DNA of 64,000 bases from a virus. Shown here piece after piece: positions 18,766-29,411 of this stretch. Made by a program: the position numbers and the translations under genes. How positions within the stretch are numbered: the first letter of the stretch is position 1; every line of letters begins with the position of its first letter. The notes below the pieces were generated by a model that saw nothing but the letters and a program-made list of their open reading frames with translations, searched no databases and was not told the DNA's origin. Location of the stretch: positions 4,872-68,871 of IMG/VR virus record IMGVR_UViG_3300050821_004237; one strand, 5' to 3'.

Positions 18766-19560
18766 TCACGAACCGCGCGTGGGAGTGGCGGCCGTAGGAG
18801 TGGTGTACCCAGTCCAAGCGGAGTTCTCTAGGTTGCGCGCGTTCTCATCATTGATTGCGCCTAGGCGCAGCGCCTGGTATTGCTTCTCGTACGTCATCCC
18901 CATCGCCGGGTCATCGCTAGCGACGCCAAAGTTACGCTGAAATGCCGATATGTAAATCATGCTTGCCATCAGCAGCATGTCCGAATAGTACGAACTGATA
19001 TAAGTGAATTTCGTATCAGCAACACCCGCCGATGCGTACTGAAACAGCGATGGAATCTTAATCAATCCAGTGACGCGAATCGAGTACGCGAAGTTTGGCG
19101 TAGGCCCGAGCAAAATATTATTCACCGTATCCGCGCCATCGCCGAAATTACTCCCATACATCGCGTAGAACTGCGGCGTGCCAGCATTAGCTAATCCTGA
19201 GTAGCAATTCTGAATTAGCTCTTTTGAAACCGGCAGAAGCGTAGATGAATTGACTACTTGAGAGCCATTCATCTGTAATAGTTCGAGAGTCTCGACGGTG
19301 AAGAAATCATCTATCGGCAGAGGAAAAATCGGGTTACTCGCGGTGAGCGTGTAGACATTAGATGTCTGACCTGCTAGCAAATCTAAATCGCGCTGTATAC
19401 GCCCTTCGGAATAATTCAAAATCATCGGCACGATTGTCTGCAACGGTGCATCAACGAATTGCCACACGCCACTGACTTCGGATGCGGTCACTACCGCCAT
19501 CGCGGCGACTTGCTGAATCCATGCGTTGAAACTAAGCGGATTGGTGTTTGGGGCGCTCAT
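18766..19560 (-). CDS. head-tail adaptor protein
   Basis: E.RIQRDL, G.PQFYA, LGPTP, Y.DMLLMAS motifs; start 19560 overlaps upstream TGA. Confidence 0.7.
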   Translation of the reverse strand: MSAPNTNPLSFNAWIQQVAAMAVVTASEVSGVWQFVDAPLQTIVPMILNYSEGRIQRDLDLLAGQTSNVYTLTASNPIFPLPIDDFFTVETLELLQMNGSQVVNSSTLLPVSKELIQNCYSGLANAGTPQFYAMYGSNFGDGADTVNNILLGPTPNFAYSIRVTGLIKIPSLFQYASAGVADTKFTYISSYYSDMLLMASMIYISAFQRNFGVASDDPAMGMTYEKQYQALRLGAINDENARNLENSAWTGYTTPTAATPTRGS

Positions 19561-20585
19561 GTGATGTCGTACACAAAGCAAACGCCGCCAGTACCGGGGA
19601 TGCCTAGGCTTCTCACTCCAGTCGTCCAGGCGGTAGAATTTGCGGCTAGAAAGAATGTCAAGGCCGCACTACTGGCATTCACAAAGGCGGTGATATTTTC
19701 GCTGAATACCGAGTTATTTTGGCCAATGGTTGAGCCTGCGGCGAATTTAGCCGTGACCGCTTGAATGGCGGTAGGCAAATTAGTGATGCCGAATGTTCCT
19801 CCTGAGCCGGTGGTGCCGGTTGCTATTCCGATAAACAGCGTCACCGAATTGCCGATCAGCGTCCACGAGCAGGGCATCGTGGCCCCAGAGAGTCCATTGG
19901 TGCTAGCCGTAAAAGTCCCCGTGGTGACGGCACCGCCGGCAGGCCCGGTTGGTCCAGTTGGGCCTCCCGCGCCCGTGGCTCCGCTGGAGCCCGTGCTGCC
20001 TGTCGATCCTGTGGCGCCAATCGGACCTGTGGGTCCAGTCGGACCACCCGCACCCGTGCCGCCGCCAGCACCTGTGGGTCCAGTGGGTGCTTGAGGACCT
20101 GTGGGCCCAGTGGGACCACCGGCCCCAGTGAGGCCGATCGATCCAGTTGGCCCCGTGGGTCCAGTCGCCCCGTTGCTGCCGGTAGAGCCGGTATTCCCAG
20201 TCGGTCCACTTGAGCCGGTCGGACCGGTTGCGCCGACGCCTGCGGGGCCCGTTGGACCAGTGCCAGTAGGGCCCATCGCGCCGGTTGGTCCAGTAGCGCC
20301 AACGCCTGGACCGGTTGGGCCGCCTATGCCAGTGGGGCCTGTTGGGCCAGTTGGACCTGGCACACTCGGTCCTGTCGCCCCAGTCGGCCCGCTCGCCGGT
20401 CCCGTGGGACCAGGGGCGCCAGTGGGGCCGGTTGGTCCAGCCCCAGGAGGTCCGGTGGGACCACCTAAGTTCGCAATCTGCAGCACCGTGGTGCGCATCG
20501 ATGTGCCAGCCTGCACTATTTCCAATTGCTCATCGCCCGTGAGTCCGATCGATTGCGGCAGCATCGGTATGGTGACGTTGCCCAT
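19557..20585 (-). CDS. collagen-like tail fibre
   Basis: about 170 aa of GPT/GAT triplets between a short N-terminal domain and a beta-rich C-terminal tip. Confidence 0.8.
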   Translation of the reverse strand: MGNVTIPMLPQSIGLTGDEQLEIVQAGTSMRTTVLQIANLGGPTGPPGAGPTGPTGAPGPTGPASGPTGATGPSVPGPTGPTGPTGIGGPTGPGVGATGPTGAMGPTGTGPTGPAGVGATGPTGSSGPTGNTGSTGSNGATGPTGPTGSIGLTGAGGPTGPTGPQAPTGPTGAGGGTGAGGPTGPTGPIGATGSTGSTGSSGATGAGGPTGPTGPAGGAVTTGTFTASTNGLSGATMPCSWTLIGNSVTLFIGIATGTTGSGGTFGITNLPTAIQAVTAKFAAGSTIGQNNSVFSENITAFVNASSAALTFFLAANSTAWTTGVRSLGIPGTGGVCFVYDIT

Positions 20586-20586
20586 T

Positions 20587-21570
20587 TTACGGCCCCCGCT
20601 CTTGCTCTAAGAAGAACGCGCCATTCTCAAGCAAGATGTCACCAGAATTGTCTTCGAGAGCGAAGAAAAAATCTCCAATTGGGGTCTGCATGCACTGCTC
20701 AAGCTGGATAAATCCGGAGCCATCCTCGAGGAAAAACATCCCCGTTCCATCCTCGGTCTCAAGGAAGCATATCGCGGCCTCGACTTCGGGAAATAGCGTC
20801 GGCCCGAAGATCTTCGGAATGCGTTTGTAGCCGCGCGGCAGGCCAACAAGCGCTGTGATAATGCGCGTCGTTGGTGTCAAGAGCGACTGCGCCGGGTTAG
20901 CTCCATAGGTCATATACGTGAACGCCGTGGCCGTCGTGACATTGACGGAATAGAAGCCACACGCTGGCGCGTAATTCAATCCCTGCACTGCTACTTGCGA
21001 TGGACCTATTACGCCATCGCCTAATTGCGTCGAATTTTGCAGCCCATGCACCGCCGAGCATGTGACGGTGACGGTGGCTGAGCCGTCGCCGGTGACGGAG
21101 AGTATTTGTAGTGGCACGCCAAATGGCGCCTGCACCACGCCAGAGTACGGCATCACGGCATTGGCATCTAAGCCGACAGGTCGGCCGAAGGGGAATGGCG
21201 TGCGATTCTCGCAGTCTTCGGTGACGCGAAGTAAATCTGACTGGACAGGCAGGCCGGTGATGGGATGCACCGAGAAGGGGATGGATGCGGCGCGGTAGTT
21301 GTTTTCGGCTACGGTGAAGTCTTGGACGCGCGCTTGAATGATCGGTTCAGGATCTGCGGGCAACGTGATAGCGCGCAACTGCTCCTGCATATTGTCGCGG
21401 CAACGATTGCAAACCAGGATGCGAAGGTTCTGCGGCTGTACGCCACGCCAGTCAAACTGCCAACTGAGATTGACGAAGTTATAGCGGAAGCCGCACCTGT
21501 CGCAAATCGCATGGGCTTGCGGTTTTTTAGCCGAGGTCCTAGCGCGACCGCTTAAACTTGCATAACTCAT
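20587..21570 (-). CDS. virion protein with N-terminal Zn ribbon and C-terminal LEDG repeats
   Basis: AICDRCG...VCNRC; [11 protein letters not shown] domain; [18 protein letters not shown] and [15 protein letters not shown]. Confidence 0.65.
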   Translation of the reverse strand: MSYASLSGRARTSAKKPQAHAICDRCGFRYNFVNLSWQFDWRGVQPQNLRILVCNRCRDNMQEQLRAITLPADPEPIIQARVQDFTVAENNYRAASIPFSVHPITGLPVQSDLLRVTEDCENRTPFPFGRPVGLDANAVMPYSGVVQAPFGVPLQILSVTGDGSATVTVTCSAVHGLQNSTQLGDGVIGPSQVAVQGLNYAPACGFYSVNVTTATAFTYMTYGANPAQSLLTPTTRIITALVGLPRGYKRIPKIFGPTLFPEVEAAICFLETEDGTGMFFLEDGSGFIQLEQCMQTPIGDFFFALEDNSGDILLENGAFFLEQERGP

Positions 21571-22274
21571 TGCCGGTAATATCCGCCAACCATTGGCGAG
21601 ATGTACACGGAACTGGTTTCTACGTTCTGATCCGCGAAATCGTTATAAGCTTCATCCGCTAGTGGCTTAAGCATCGGCACCTTATCCTGTGCCCAGCTTA
21701 ATGCGAGACGATATGCTAGTCCTAGCACATAGGCCTCCAGCGCATATGGCTGAATTTCCACCTGCGTGCCGTTTGCCATAACAGAATCTTGCGTCTGTCG
21801 CAGGCGATAGTATTTGAAGCAACTCTGCGTGCCATCTGGCACGGGCCAAAGAGTTACCGTCGGGGCGAGTAATCGATCGAACCAGAATGTAGTTGGGAAT
21901 CCAATTGACTGCTTGTTCGCGTAGCTCGCATATTCAGTGCGGCTGATCGGCAAAATCAGACGATCAATTCCAGCCGCGCCAGTGTTCAGAGTGATATACG
22001 CATCCAGCATCACAATCGTATTGGAAGGTACCGAGTACGTTGATTGACCGCGGCATAGCGGTATCTGATCTAGCTCGACCTGCCATAAATTCACGCCCTT
22101 CGACGACCACCTCAGCATCATCATATTGGTAGCTAAGCGCGCGTCCTCAAAATGCTGCTGAGTCAATGCAGTGCGGCGAACACCACATAAACCATACGCG
22201 TATAGCACCGCTTCGCCCATCGATGGAGCGAAGTTAAATGTGCCTGATGTTTTCGGCGGATTCGGCGTACTCAC
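21567..22274 (-). CDS. portal-proximal adaptor/tail tubular protein
   Basis: TSGTFNF, W..KGVNLW, ISRTEY, G.PT.FWFDR, LWPVPD, GLAYRLA motifs. Confidence 0.75.
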   Translation of the reverse strand: MSTPNPPKTSGTFNFAPSMGEAVLYAYGLCGVRRTALTQQHFEDARLATNMMMLRWSSKGVNLWQVELDQIPLCRGQSTYSVPSNTIVMLDAYITLNTGAAGIDRLILPISRTEYASYANKQSIGFPTTFWFDRLLAPTVTLWPVPDGTQSCFKYYRLRQTQDSVMANGTQVEIQPYALEAYVLGLAYRLALSWAQDKVPMLKPLADEAYNDFADQNVETSSVYISPMVGGYYRQ

Positions 22275-23332
22275 GCAGCCTTCACCTTATCTTCGCAAAA
22301 TTTCAAATTCTGCCGCAGCCTTAAATCATCGCCGTCAATCTCAACGGCGTTGCGAGCATGCTCCAGCGCCAATTCATACAGTCCCATGTTATACGCCGCA
22401 ATGGATGCGGTGTCGTGCGGCTGGCTGCCCCACACTGCCGGATCTACCGTGTAGACTTTCTCGCGATTCTTTATTCCTAAGCAGCATAGCGCCGCGCCCA
22501 AGGCTTCCGGCCAGCGCGATAGTCGATAGCACAGCATGGCAAGTTCCGCCCACGGCTCGCGCGTATCTGGCGCTTCGTTCGTCGCGCGCCGGTGCCAGCG
22601 CAGCGCCTCATCCCAATTGCCTAACTCCTGGTAGCAGCGGCCGATGACGCGCATGGCGTAGCAGCGCTCGTTGGGCCATGTGGCGCGCGGGAGCGATAAA
22701 TAACGCTCGGCTTGTGTGATGGCATCTTGCCAGTGCCGGTTAAATGAAAGCTCCCGCGCATAGTAAAACGCATTGCGCGGACAGGATGGATCTTCCTCGA
22801 TTGAGACGCGCAGAAGATCAAGATACTGGCCGCGTGATTTAGTGGGGTCTGGCTTATGGACCACCATAAGCATATCTGTCTGCGCCCATACTGTCGGTAC
22901 GCGATCTGCAACCGGGTATTCGTGGCAAGGATGGTGCCAGCGAATGCCATGTCGGGCGTGGATCTTCTCGTACTGAAATGCTATCCCGCAGCCCCAGTCA
23001 AATCCATATCGCATCTGCGTAGTGCCTGGTACCCATACGCGCTCTATCTCCGCGCGCCACCCAGGCTGCAATACCTCATCCAAGTCGAGCGACACGCACA
23101 CATCGATATCATTCGGCAGCAGCGCGAGCGCGGCATTTCGCGCATCATCGAACCGCCATGGGGTGATCCTAATATTGACCACTTCCGCATCATTCTCGCG
23201 CAGTATTTCTTGAGTCCCGTCAGTAGATCCGGTGTCTGCGACAAATATAAGATCTGCATCGCACGCCGCATCGCAGAAACGTTGCGCGTGCAATTTTTCG
23301 TTCAAGGCGATAGCGTAGACGGCAATCTTCAT
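22271..23332 (-). CDS. glycosyltransferase family 2 with TPR repeats
   Basis: [24 protein letters not shown] (DxD), HE; helical TPR-like C-terminal half. Confidence 0.88.
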   Translation of the reverse strand: MKIAVYAIALNEKLHAQRFCDAACDADLIFVADTGSTDGTQEILRENDAEVVNIRITPWRFDDARNAALALLPNDIDVCVSLDLDEVLQPGWRAEIERVWVPGTTQMRYGFDWGCGIAFQYEKIHARHGIRWHHPCHEYPVADRVPTVWAQTDMLMVVHKPDPTKSRGQYLDLLRVSIEEDPSCPRNAFYYARELSFNRHWQDAITQAERYLSLPRATWPNERCYAMRVIGRCYQELGNWDEALRWHRRATNEAPDTREPWAELAMLCYRLSRWPEALGAALCCLGIKNREKVYTVDPAVWGSQPHDTASIAAYNMGLYELALEHARNAVEIDGDDLRLRQNLKFCEDKVKAA

Positions 23333-25446
23333 CCGATGTAATCCACCAAGCAATAAAGTCCCGTAAAAATCCCGGCTCTCCCAGCAGTATCTATCACTTG
23401 CACCGTGCGTGCCAAATCAGTAGTCATAACGAAATTAGGGGTCACCGAGGTCATGGCGCTCGCTGCTACAGGAGTGGACGCATTGGCGCCTGATATCGTC
23501 GCAAGCACCGTCGGCGTCCCTTCGGTAGTCTGAATGGAATAGTTGTACGCACCTCCAGCGCCTGAGCCTGCCGGGTTCCAATAGCGTACGCGTGTGATCA
23601 TGGCATTTAGAGGCAATCTAAAAGTTAGGATGCCGCTATTGATCGGCCAATCAGAATTGGTGCCAACAAAGCTTATTACTTGCGTCTCGGTCTGACCGCC
23701 GCAACTCACATTCCAATTGACATCGGAGTCAACCACTTCATGCCACCCTACGGTGCTGGCGTTATTGCCATTGCGGCATTTTCGAAAGCGTACGCGCGGG
23801 AATCCTCCGGTGTTGCCGTTATTGGTAACGCTGATAAAATTCGCTGCGGAGTTATTCTGCAGCAGCGTGCAGCCTTCATACAAGATGTCGTTTTGAAATT
23901 GGAAATTATTGACGTTGCAAACGTAGTTATGGATTCCAGATAGTTGAGAGTCTCGAAACGTAACAATTGGTCCAGGCTGATTCACGAAGTTAAATGTACA
24001 CAGCACATCAGTTGCGGAGCGTGACGCGACCTGAGAGGACTGATCAAGATTTACAAAACTGATATTTCCGAAATTCCAATTGCTTTTCATCAGCAATGAG
24101 AAATCGCTCGTATGCTCAATGCGCAATCCATTGGAGCGAAATTGCTGCACGCCTGCTGCATTTGGCTGACCTAGCAGATTGAATATGTACGTTGCAGATG
24201 TCGGCCCATTGGCGGATATATCGCAATCATCGACATTGAACTGGCCGCCGAAACTGGCATTTATCCACGGTCCTTTCATGTCCCAAAACTTGCACTTGGT
24301 CCACCAGAAATTTAAGAATTGATCGGTGGCATTAGTGGCTATCGAAGATCCATTCGCATTCGGCGTAATTGCTGATCCCATGAAAGTTGCCGATACCTGA
24401 ATACCGGTAGGAGATGCGGCAACGATGAAATATGTCGTTCCGGTAGCAATCTGTCCGGCGCCAGTGCCTACCGTGGTACCGAAGCTGCATGTCTGACCGA
24501 CAGCAAAGCCGCCATTGATATTCGTCATCGCAAGCGTCGCATTGCCGCTTGATATCGTGCAATTAGCAGGCGCCGCTATATAAAGCCAATTGGCGATTGT
24601 TCCTGCGCCCGCATCCACCGTGCAGCGATCCCATCGCCATTCGCTATTATTATTTGCACCGCTGACGAGCGTAATATTCTGCCAATTATTTGCCCATGCG
24701 CAATCTGAATGGTTGAAATACTGAATGTTCGACAGTCCACCTTGCTCTGAGGACTGATAGAAATCTGAGGTGGTGGAATTTCCGAAAAAGGTAATGCCTT
24801 CGAACTGCACATTGCCAATCAGGCGGTTATAGCAAAGAGGGCCAGGCGTCGACGGCGTGTAGACAATCCATGTAAGGCTAGACCCGGCGCCCTTGAACTT
24901 AAGTCCCGACATCTTCACGGTCGGTCCCTTAGTGATCCCAGGCATCATCGCGTAGGCTTGGTTGATGTAGAAAATCCCGCCATTCAAAGCAATAACCGCA
25001 TATCCGCCGAATGCCGATCCCCCAGGTTCAATGAGCGGATTGCTGATCGCTAAATTATAGGCGGCGATAAATGCCGCTGTGTCGGTTATCCCGGATATGT
25101 CGCCAGAGGCACTGAGAGGCGAACCAAGGACGCCGAGAAGATTAGATCCTGTGCCAGCAGCGCCAGTGGGACCGGTAGGTCCAGTGCCAGCGCCCGTTGG
25201 ACCGGTGGGGCCAATTGGTCCGGTCGGAGCGACACCAGCAGGCCCGGTGGGGCCGGTAGCCCCTATCCCTGGGCCAGTGGGGCCGCCGACGCCTGTGGGC
25301 CCTGTTGGGCCCTGCACACCAAATGCTGGGCCAGTGGGGCCAGGATTTCCCATAGGTCCCGTCGGACCTTGCGGGCCAGCAGTGACCACTTGCACGACAT
25401 TGGTATTGGTTTCTTGAACGATGACTTCGGTTGGCGGCACGCTCAT
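23329..25446 (-). CDS. collagen-stalked tailspike with pectate-lyase-like beta-helix
   Basis: GPT triplets, then [11 protein letters not shown]...GGIFYI...FKGAG typical of a beta-helix spike start. Confidence 0.75.
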   Translation of the reverse strand: MSVPPTEVIVQETNTNVVQVVTAGPQGPTGPMGNPGPTGPAFGVQGPTGPTGVGGPTGPGIGATGPTGPAGVAPTGPIGPTGPTGAGTGPTGPTGAAGTGSNLLGVLGSPLSASGDISGITDTAAFIAAYNLAISNPLIEPGGSAFGGYAVIALNGGIFYINQAYAMMPGITKGPTVKMSGLKFKGAGSSLTWIVYTPSTPGPLCYNRLIGNVQFEGITFFGNSTTSDFYQSSEQGGLSNIQYFNHSDCAWANNWQNITLVSGANNNSEWRWDRCTVDAGAGTIANWLYIAAPANCTISSGNATLAMTNINGGFAVGQTCSFGTTVGTGAGQIATGTTYFIVAASPTGIQVSATFMGSAITPNANGSSIATNATDQFLNFWWTKCKFWDMKGPWINASFGGQFNVDDCDISANGPTSATYIFNLLGQPNAAGVQQFRSNGLRIEHTSDFSLLMKSNWNFGNISFVNLDQSSQVASRSATDVLCTFNFVNQPGPIVTFRDSQLSGIHNYVCNVNNFQFQNDILYEGCTLLQNNSAANFISVTNNGNTGGFPRVRFRKCRNGNNASTVGWHEVVDSDVNWNVSCGGQTETQVISFVGTNSDWPINSGILTFRLPLNAMITRVRYWNPAGSGAGGAYNYSIQTTEGTPTVLATISGANASTPVAASAMTSVTPNFVMTTDLARTVQVIDTAGRAGIFTGLYCLVDYIG

Positions 25447-25817
25447 GGCGTCACTCCAGGAGTTACGATCACTGAGCCTTGCAGGAGGCGCGTCACGTTG
25501 CCGCTAGAGTCAGTCAGAATTAAATCGTAAACCCCATTCCACCATGTAAATAGCGCGGTCGCGGTCGCCGGGATATCTAGCGTGATCGTGCCGGCCGTGC
25601 CGCCTAGGGTGATGTTCGAGGAAGCATCGTAGAGGATCGTTGTCGAGAGCGAGAATGGGCGAATCTGCAAATTAGCTGTGTAGCCAGTCAAATCCACCGG
25701 CCCGGAAGTGGCGCCGATAGTACCGCATCCGCAGAAACCCGCAATCCATATGAACACTTTCTCGTAAGTGGCATATTGATTGATGCAGAGGTTATACGTG
25801 CCGGTCTGTTGGCTCAT
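25443..25817 (-). CDS. Ig-like fibre attachment protein (BppU-like)
   Basis: [31 protein letters not shown] motifs. Confidence 0.7.
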   Translation of the reverse strand: MSQQTGTYNLCINQYATYEKVFIWIAGFCGCGTIGATSGPVDLTGYTANLQIRPFSLSTTILYDASSNITLGGTAGTITLDIPATATALFTWWNGVYDLILTDSSGNVTRLLQGSVIVTPGVTP

Positions 25818-26389
25818 TCAGCCTTCTTGCCCTGCGCAGTGACCGTCATCACCGTATCTGTACAAGCCTCTTTGTACCACTTCTGCGCATACTGCTGGCG
25901 CTCCGCATTCCATAGATTCATGTCAGCGTGCAGCGAATAGCCGCCGCCCCACGAGAAGTCGCAATCGAAGCCTTGCGGGTTGAATTCGATATCGATATGC
26001 GGCGCATTGGCTTTGCGCCACTCACGCCACAGGTAGTAATAGGCGAATTCAGATACTGGTGGCCACTTATGCGTCGGGTCTCCATACGCGCGCTGTGATG
26101 CCCAGTGCGGGGTAATGATGGTGCATTTACCACCATTGATGAGTACTCGATACATCTCGTTGAAGATATGCACGCGCTCCATCGCGTCGAAGTGCTCGAG
26201 CGCGTGGGATAAGTGGATATCTGAAACTGAGTTATCAGCCCACGGCCATGGCTGGCGAAGATCGGCGACAAGATCTAGACCATCAAAGGCGATCTGATCG
26301 ACTGACAGATAGCCTTCCATCTTTGACTTGCCGGAGCACAGATTGAGTTTCAATAGCGCTGCGGATTCTTCTTTTACTACTGCGTTCAT
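25814..26389 (-). CDS. class I SAM-dependent methyltransferase
   Basis: LNLCSG motif I; DL..PWPW.DNSV; SHALEH; EMYRVL..GG. Confidence 0.88.
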   Translation of the reverse strand: MNAVVKEESAALLKLNLCSGKSKMEGYLSVDQIAFDGLDLVADLRQPWPWADNSVSDIHLSHALEHFDAMERVHIFNEMYRVLINGGKCTIITPHWASQRAYGDPTHKWPPVSEFAYYYLWREWRKANAPHIDIEFNPQGFDCDFSWGGGYSLHADMNLWNAERQQYAQKWYKEACTDTVMTVTAQGKKAE

Positions 26390-26401
26390 TTATTTTTCCT
26401 T

Positions 26402-27139
26402 TTACCACATCATGTCGGCAGGCCCGAACGTACCATCCAAATCATGGTGTCCAACTTTTACAGAGCAATCAATCGCGCAACGATATCCGTTTTTTCTGGC
26501 GTCCGACCAGAAATATAAATCTTGTGTAGATAGACCATCTTTTTTTTGCGTGACGAACCAAGGCTTGCGAAGTTTAGGATCCTTGAAAATCGCGAGACGA
26601 AATAGTGTAAACCCTTGTCCGGTACCGCAACATTCAATCAATCCGCCGTTTGGATCTGGCAACTGAGGGCGGAAATTCGGCGTTGGGTCTCTAGGGTCGC
26701 CCCACGCCTGAAACACGCCGCCCTCTCCTTTTGTGAAATATCCTCCGCCAATGGCAGCAAATTCTGGATGTGATTCCATGCGTTCAATGAGCTTTATAAG
26801 TCCATCCGACGGGGGCGCGTTATCGTGTTCCAAGCACAGCAGATACTCCCATTGAGAAAGTTCTGGATGCGCGAGAATTTGTTCAATTGCAGTTGAGTAA
26901 GCGACGCCTACTTCATCGCCGAGCGCCAACCATTTAACCACTCCATTGTTTGGCGGAAACATCAAATTCCACCAAGACAGCATACATTTCGCAGATACTT
27001 TTTCTGCAGCAGGGAGTACAACGACAACTCGCTGTTTTTTCCAACTTCCACCACGCTGCAACCTAGATACTGTCTCCGGCATATTGGTATTGTGGTATCC
27101 AGACATATCCGTGACGACCAGTTCTAACGGCTTACTCAT
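26402..27139 (-). CDS. GT-A fold glycosyltransferase-like protein
   Basis: YLLCLEHD (DxD-like), GTGQGFTLF, QDLYF, KVGHH motifs. Confidence 0.75.
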   Translation of the reverse strand: MSKPLELVVTDMSGYHNTNMPETVSRLQRGGSWKKQRVVVVLPAAEKVSAKCMLSWWNLMFPPNNGVVKWLALGDEVGVAYSTAIEQILAHPELSQWEYLLCLEHDNAPPSDGLIKLIERMESHPEFAAIGGGYFTKGEGGVFQAWGDPRDPTPNFRPQLPDPNGGLIECCGTGQGFTLFRLAIFKDPKLRKPWFVTQKKDGLSTQDLYFWSDARKNGYRCAIDCSVKVGHHDLDGTFGPADMMW

Positions 27140-27771
27140 CAACTCACCCACGCAATGGTTGCGACGTTCAATGCGGGCGCATCATAGATGCCTGCTGATT
27201 GCAGCGCCCATGCCTGACTCGTGCCCCACGTTCCATTAAAGGCAACAGATGCTGGAGTCGCTTGAATATTGTAGAGAGCGTTGAACCCGTTATCGGTGCT
27301 GGTAGTACCGTTAGACCAACCGGTTGCGGTAACCGCTTGCGTGTAGGCAGTACCAATGGCCATCAAAGCTATCTCATTCGAGAAATTCGTAGATAGCGGC
27401 GACATCGTAGGCGTCGTACTCGTTCCTGTTGCAGTCGCAGCGATAGATGTATCGATAGTCGGGGTGCCTACGAATCCATTTACTCCAATTCCCCATATGT
27501 CGGTGAACCCGCCAGGGGATGCTATAGATATTGTAGGCGTTCCACTCGCATTGGTGATCTTGTAAAAGATCATCATATTCTGAGCGACGAAAGATTCCAG
27601 GACGAGATAATTGCCGGTATTAACATTATCTGAAACCGTGGCGCTTCCTGGCAATCCACCGCCGGTAGCGAACAAGAGGACTATTTGTCCGATGCCAACA
27701 CTTCCAGAAAGAGCTATTCCGCCCGGTGGATTACCTGACCCGTGAATGCCAGTGACAACGCTCAAGCTCAT
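27139..27771 (-). CDS. virion structural protein (Ser/Thr/Gly-rich)
   Basis: 210 aa beta-rich; in fibre cluster. Confidence 0.55.
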   Translation of the reverse strand: MSLSVVTGIHGSGNPPGGIALSGSVGIGQIVLLFATGGGLPGSATVSDNVNTGNYLVLESFVAQNMMIFYKITNASGTPTISIASPGGFTDIWGIGVNGFVGTPTIDTSIAATATGTSTTPTMSPLSTNFSNEIALMAIGTAYTQAVTATGWSNGTTSTDNGFNALYNIQATPASVAFNGTWGTSQAWALQSAGIYDAPALNVATIAWVS

Positions 27772-29411
27772 GCAATTTGTGCTCCGATCGTGCCAACATC
27801 AGAGGAGAAGGAACTGGTTAGGTAGCCGGTAGTGCCGTCAAGAAGTCCCGATCCTTGAAAGATATTTCCACTCGCAGTAACGCCAGTTCCGGTGGGAACA
27901 GAATTCGACCCTTGAGATGCATTGTTCTCAAAAACATAAGGGCCGCCGACTCCCTGACCGTTACACGAAATTCCAAGATTAGCTCGACAGTTGTTTCGAT
28001 AACACCAAAGCGCCCCGTAGTTCTGTCCAGTGGGTCCAACCGGAATAGCCATGCCAGTAGTTCCGCCAACATCAATGTTGTAGCAAATCTCCACACTCGA
28101 CATCACACCGGCATTGCCGCTAACCGATTGGAGTGGGCTACAGATATATTGAACCGAAGCCACCTGGCAATAGTTGCCCCTCCAGGTGCCGTTCGTGATG
28201 TTGCTCTTGGGCATACAAAATTCATCAATCGTGAGCGTGGGATCGATGATGAAATTGCCTTGTGCGAGAACGTTCTGGCAACTATAGACAGAGCAAATAC
28301 AGTAGTTATTCCCTGCGTTTCCAGACTGTCGATTGGTCTCCGAACAGCCATTAATGAAAATGTAACTCGCAACCGAATTTGTGGGGTTGACATAGTAACT
28401 GCTGGCGTTGCTGCCAGCGCTAGATCCATACCCGGAATTGGTCCATTGGTTTATATCCATTGTGGTGCGCGAAGATAACAAGCCGCCACCGTTACCACCG
28501 CCTCCACCAATCCAGAAAAATCGACAGTTCTGCGTTGCAGTGTGATAGCCATTGGGGTTCAAGTTCTGCACGAACAAATCGGCCGAGTGGGCGCACGCAA
28601 AAAAGCTATTGGACAGATCTATGTACGAGGTCAGCGCATCTCCTGGGAATCCCATGTAAGCGGATGGCTTGGTTAAAGTGTTGACCTCGAAACAGGTAGA
28701 GCCATCATTAAAATCAGTGGCACTCGCAGAACCTGCTGGCATCGTGTAGGGGAAAGATGACCCTCGACCTCTGAAATAACACAAGGTGCTGGCATTATTG
28801 GTGGTTGAGAAAGATGTGCCAATCGCCTGTGCCATCGTTTGCCATGGAGCGCTGATCGTTCCTGTACCAGTCGAATCGTTTCCAAACTGAGAATCAAAGA
28901 ATAAGAATTGCGCGGTGGAACTGGATGTGCTTACCGTGAATGTGATCGTGGTCGTATTGAGCTGCTGATCGGTGACCAGCACAGAAACAGTCGCGCCGCT
29001 GACGGAACCCGTTGGAGTCCACTGCAAGACACCGTAGCCTGCGTTTCGTGCATCAACGAATGGCGGATTACTGCCCGTACCCCATGATGTATTCCAAAAT
29101 GTCGCGCCAATGCTCATGCCGGGCGGCCCGCTCTGAAGCGAAAACACATACGGGAATGCACCGAAAGCAACGCCTAGAGGAATCTGATACAGCACCGGAT
29201 TTGTGCCGTCGTAGTATGCCCAGCGATGGCGCGCGAAGGTATTGGTCTCCGTATCAGGCCGCGGATAGATCTGGATCATCGCCTGTTTGGCATTGATAAA
29301 ATGCCCAACCGGAAGAAATCCGCTTCCTCCGCCACCGCCGCTGCCATTGCTAAATACAAAGCCACCAGGCGCATTAGGCACGTGGCCACCAACTTCAAAT
29401 ACCGCGCTCAT
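27768..29411 (-). CDS. fibre/adhesin tip protein, paralog of 2784..4712
   Basis: shares [48 protein letters not shown] and terminal GAQIA. Confidence 0.72.
   Translation of the reverse strand: MSAVFEVGGHVPNAPGGFVFSNGSGGGGGSGFLPVGHFINAKQAMIQIYPRPDTETNTFARHRWAYYDGTNPVLYQIPLGVAFGAFPYVFSLQSGPPGMSIGATFWNTSWGTGSNPPFVDARNAGYGVLQWTPTGSVSGATVSVLVTDQQLNTTTITFTVSTSSSTAQFLFFDSQFGNDSTGTGTISAPWQTMAQAIGTSFSTTNNASTLCYFRGRGSSFPYTMPAGSASATDFNDGSTCFEVNTLTKPSAYMGFPGDALTSYIDLSNSFFACAHSADLFVQNLNPNGYHTATQNCRFFWIGGGGGNGGGLLSSRTTMDINQWTNSGYGSSAGSNASSYYVNPTNSVASYIFINGCSETNRQSGNAGNNYCICSVYSCQNVLAQGNFIIDPTLTIDEFCMPKSNITNGTWRGNYCQVASVQYICSPLQSVSGNAGVMSSVEICYNIDVGGTTGMAIPVGPTGQNYGALWCYRNNCRANLGISCNGQGVGGPYVFENNASQGSNSVPTGTGVTASGNIFQGSGLLDGTTGYLTSSFSSDVGTIGAQIA

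Noticed and set aside
19765-20610. + strand GPV-repeat ORFs (also 4291..4533, 25079..25417, 30615..31460)
   Set aside because: Antisense shadows of collagen-like or low-complexity minus-strand genes; no RBS or operon context
2784-29411. Diversity-generating retroelement (TR/VR) between the two paralogous fibre tips
   Set aside because: Divergence is spread over all bases with indels rather than adenine-specific, and no reverse transcriptase is in the window
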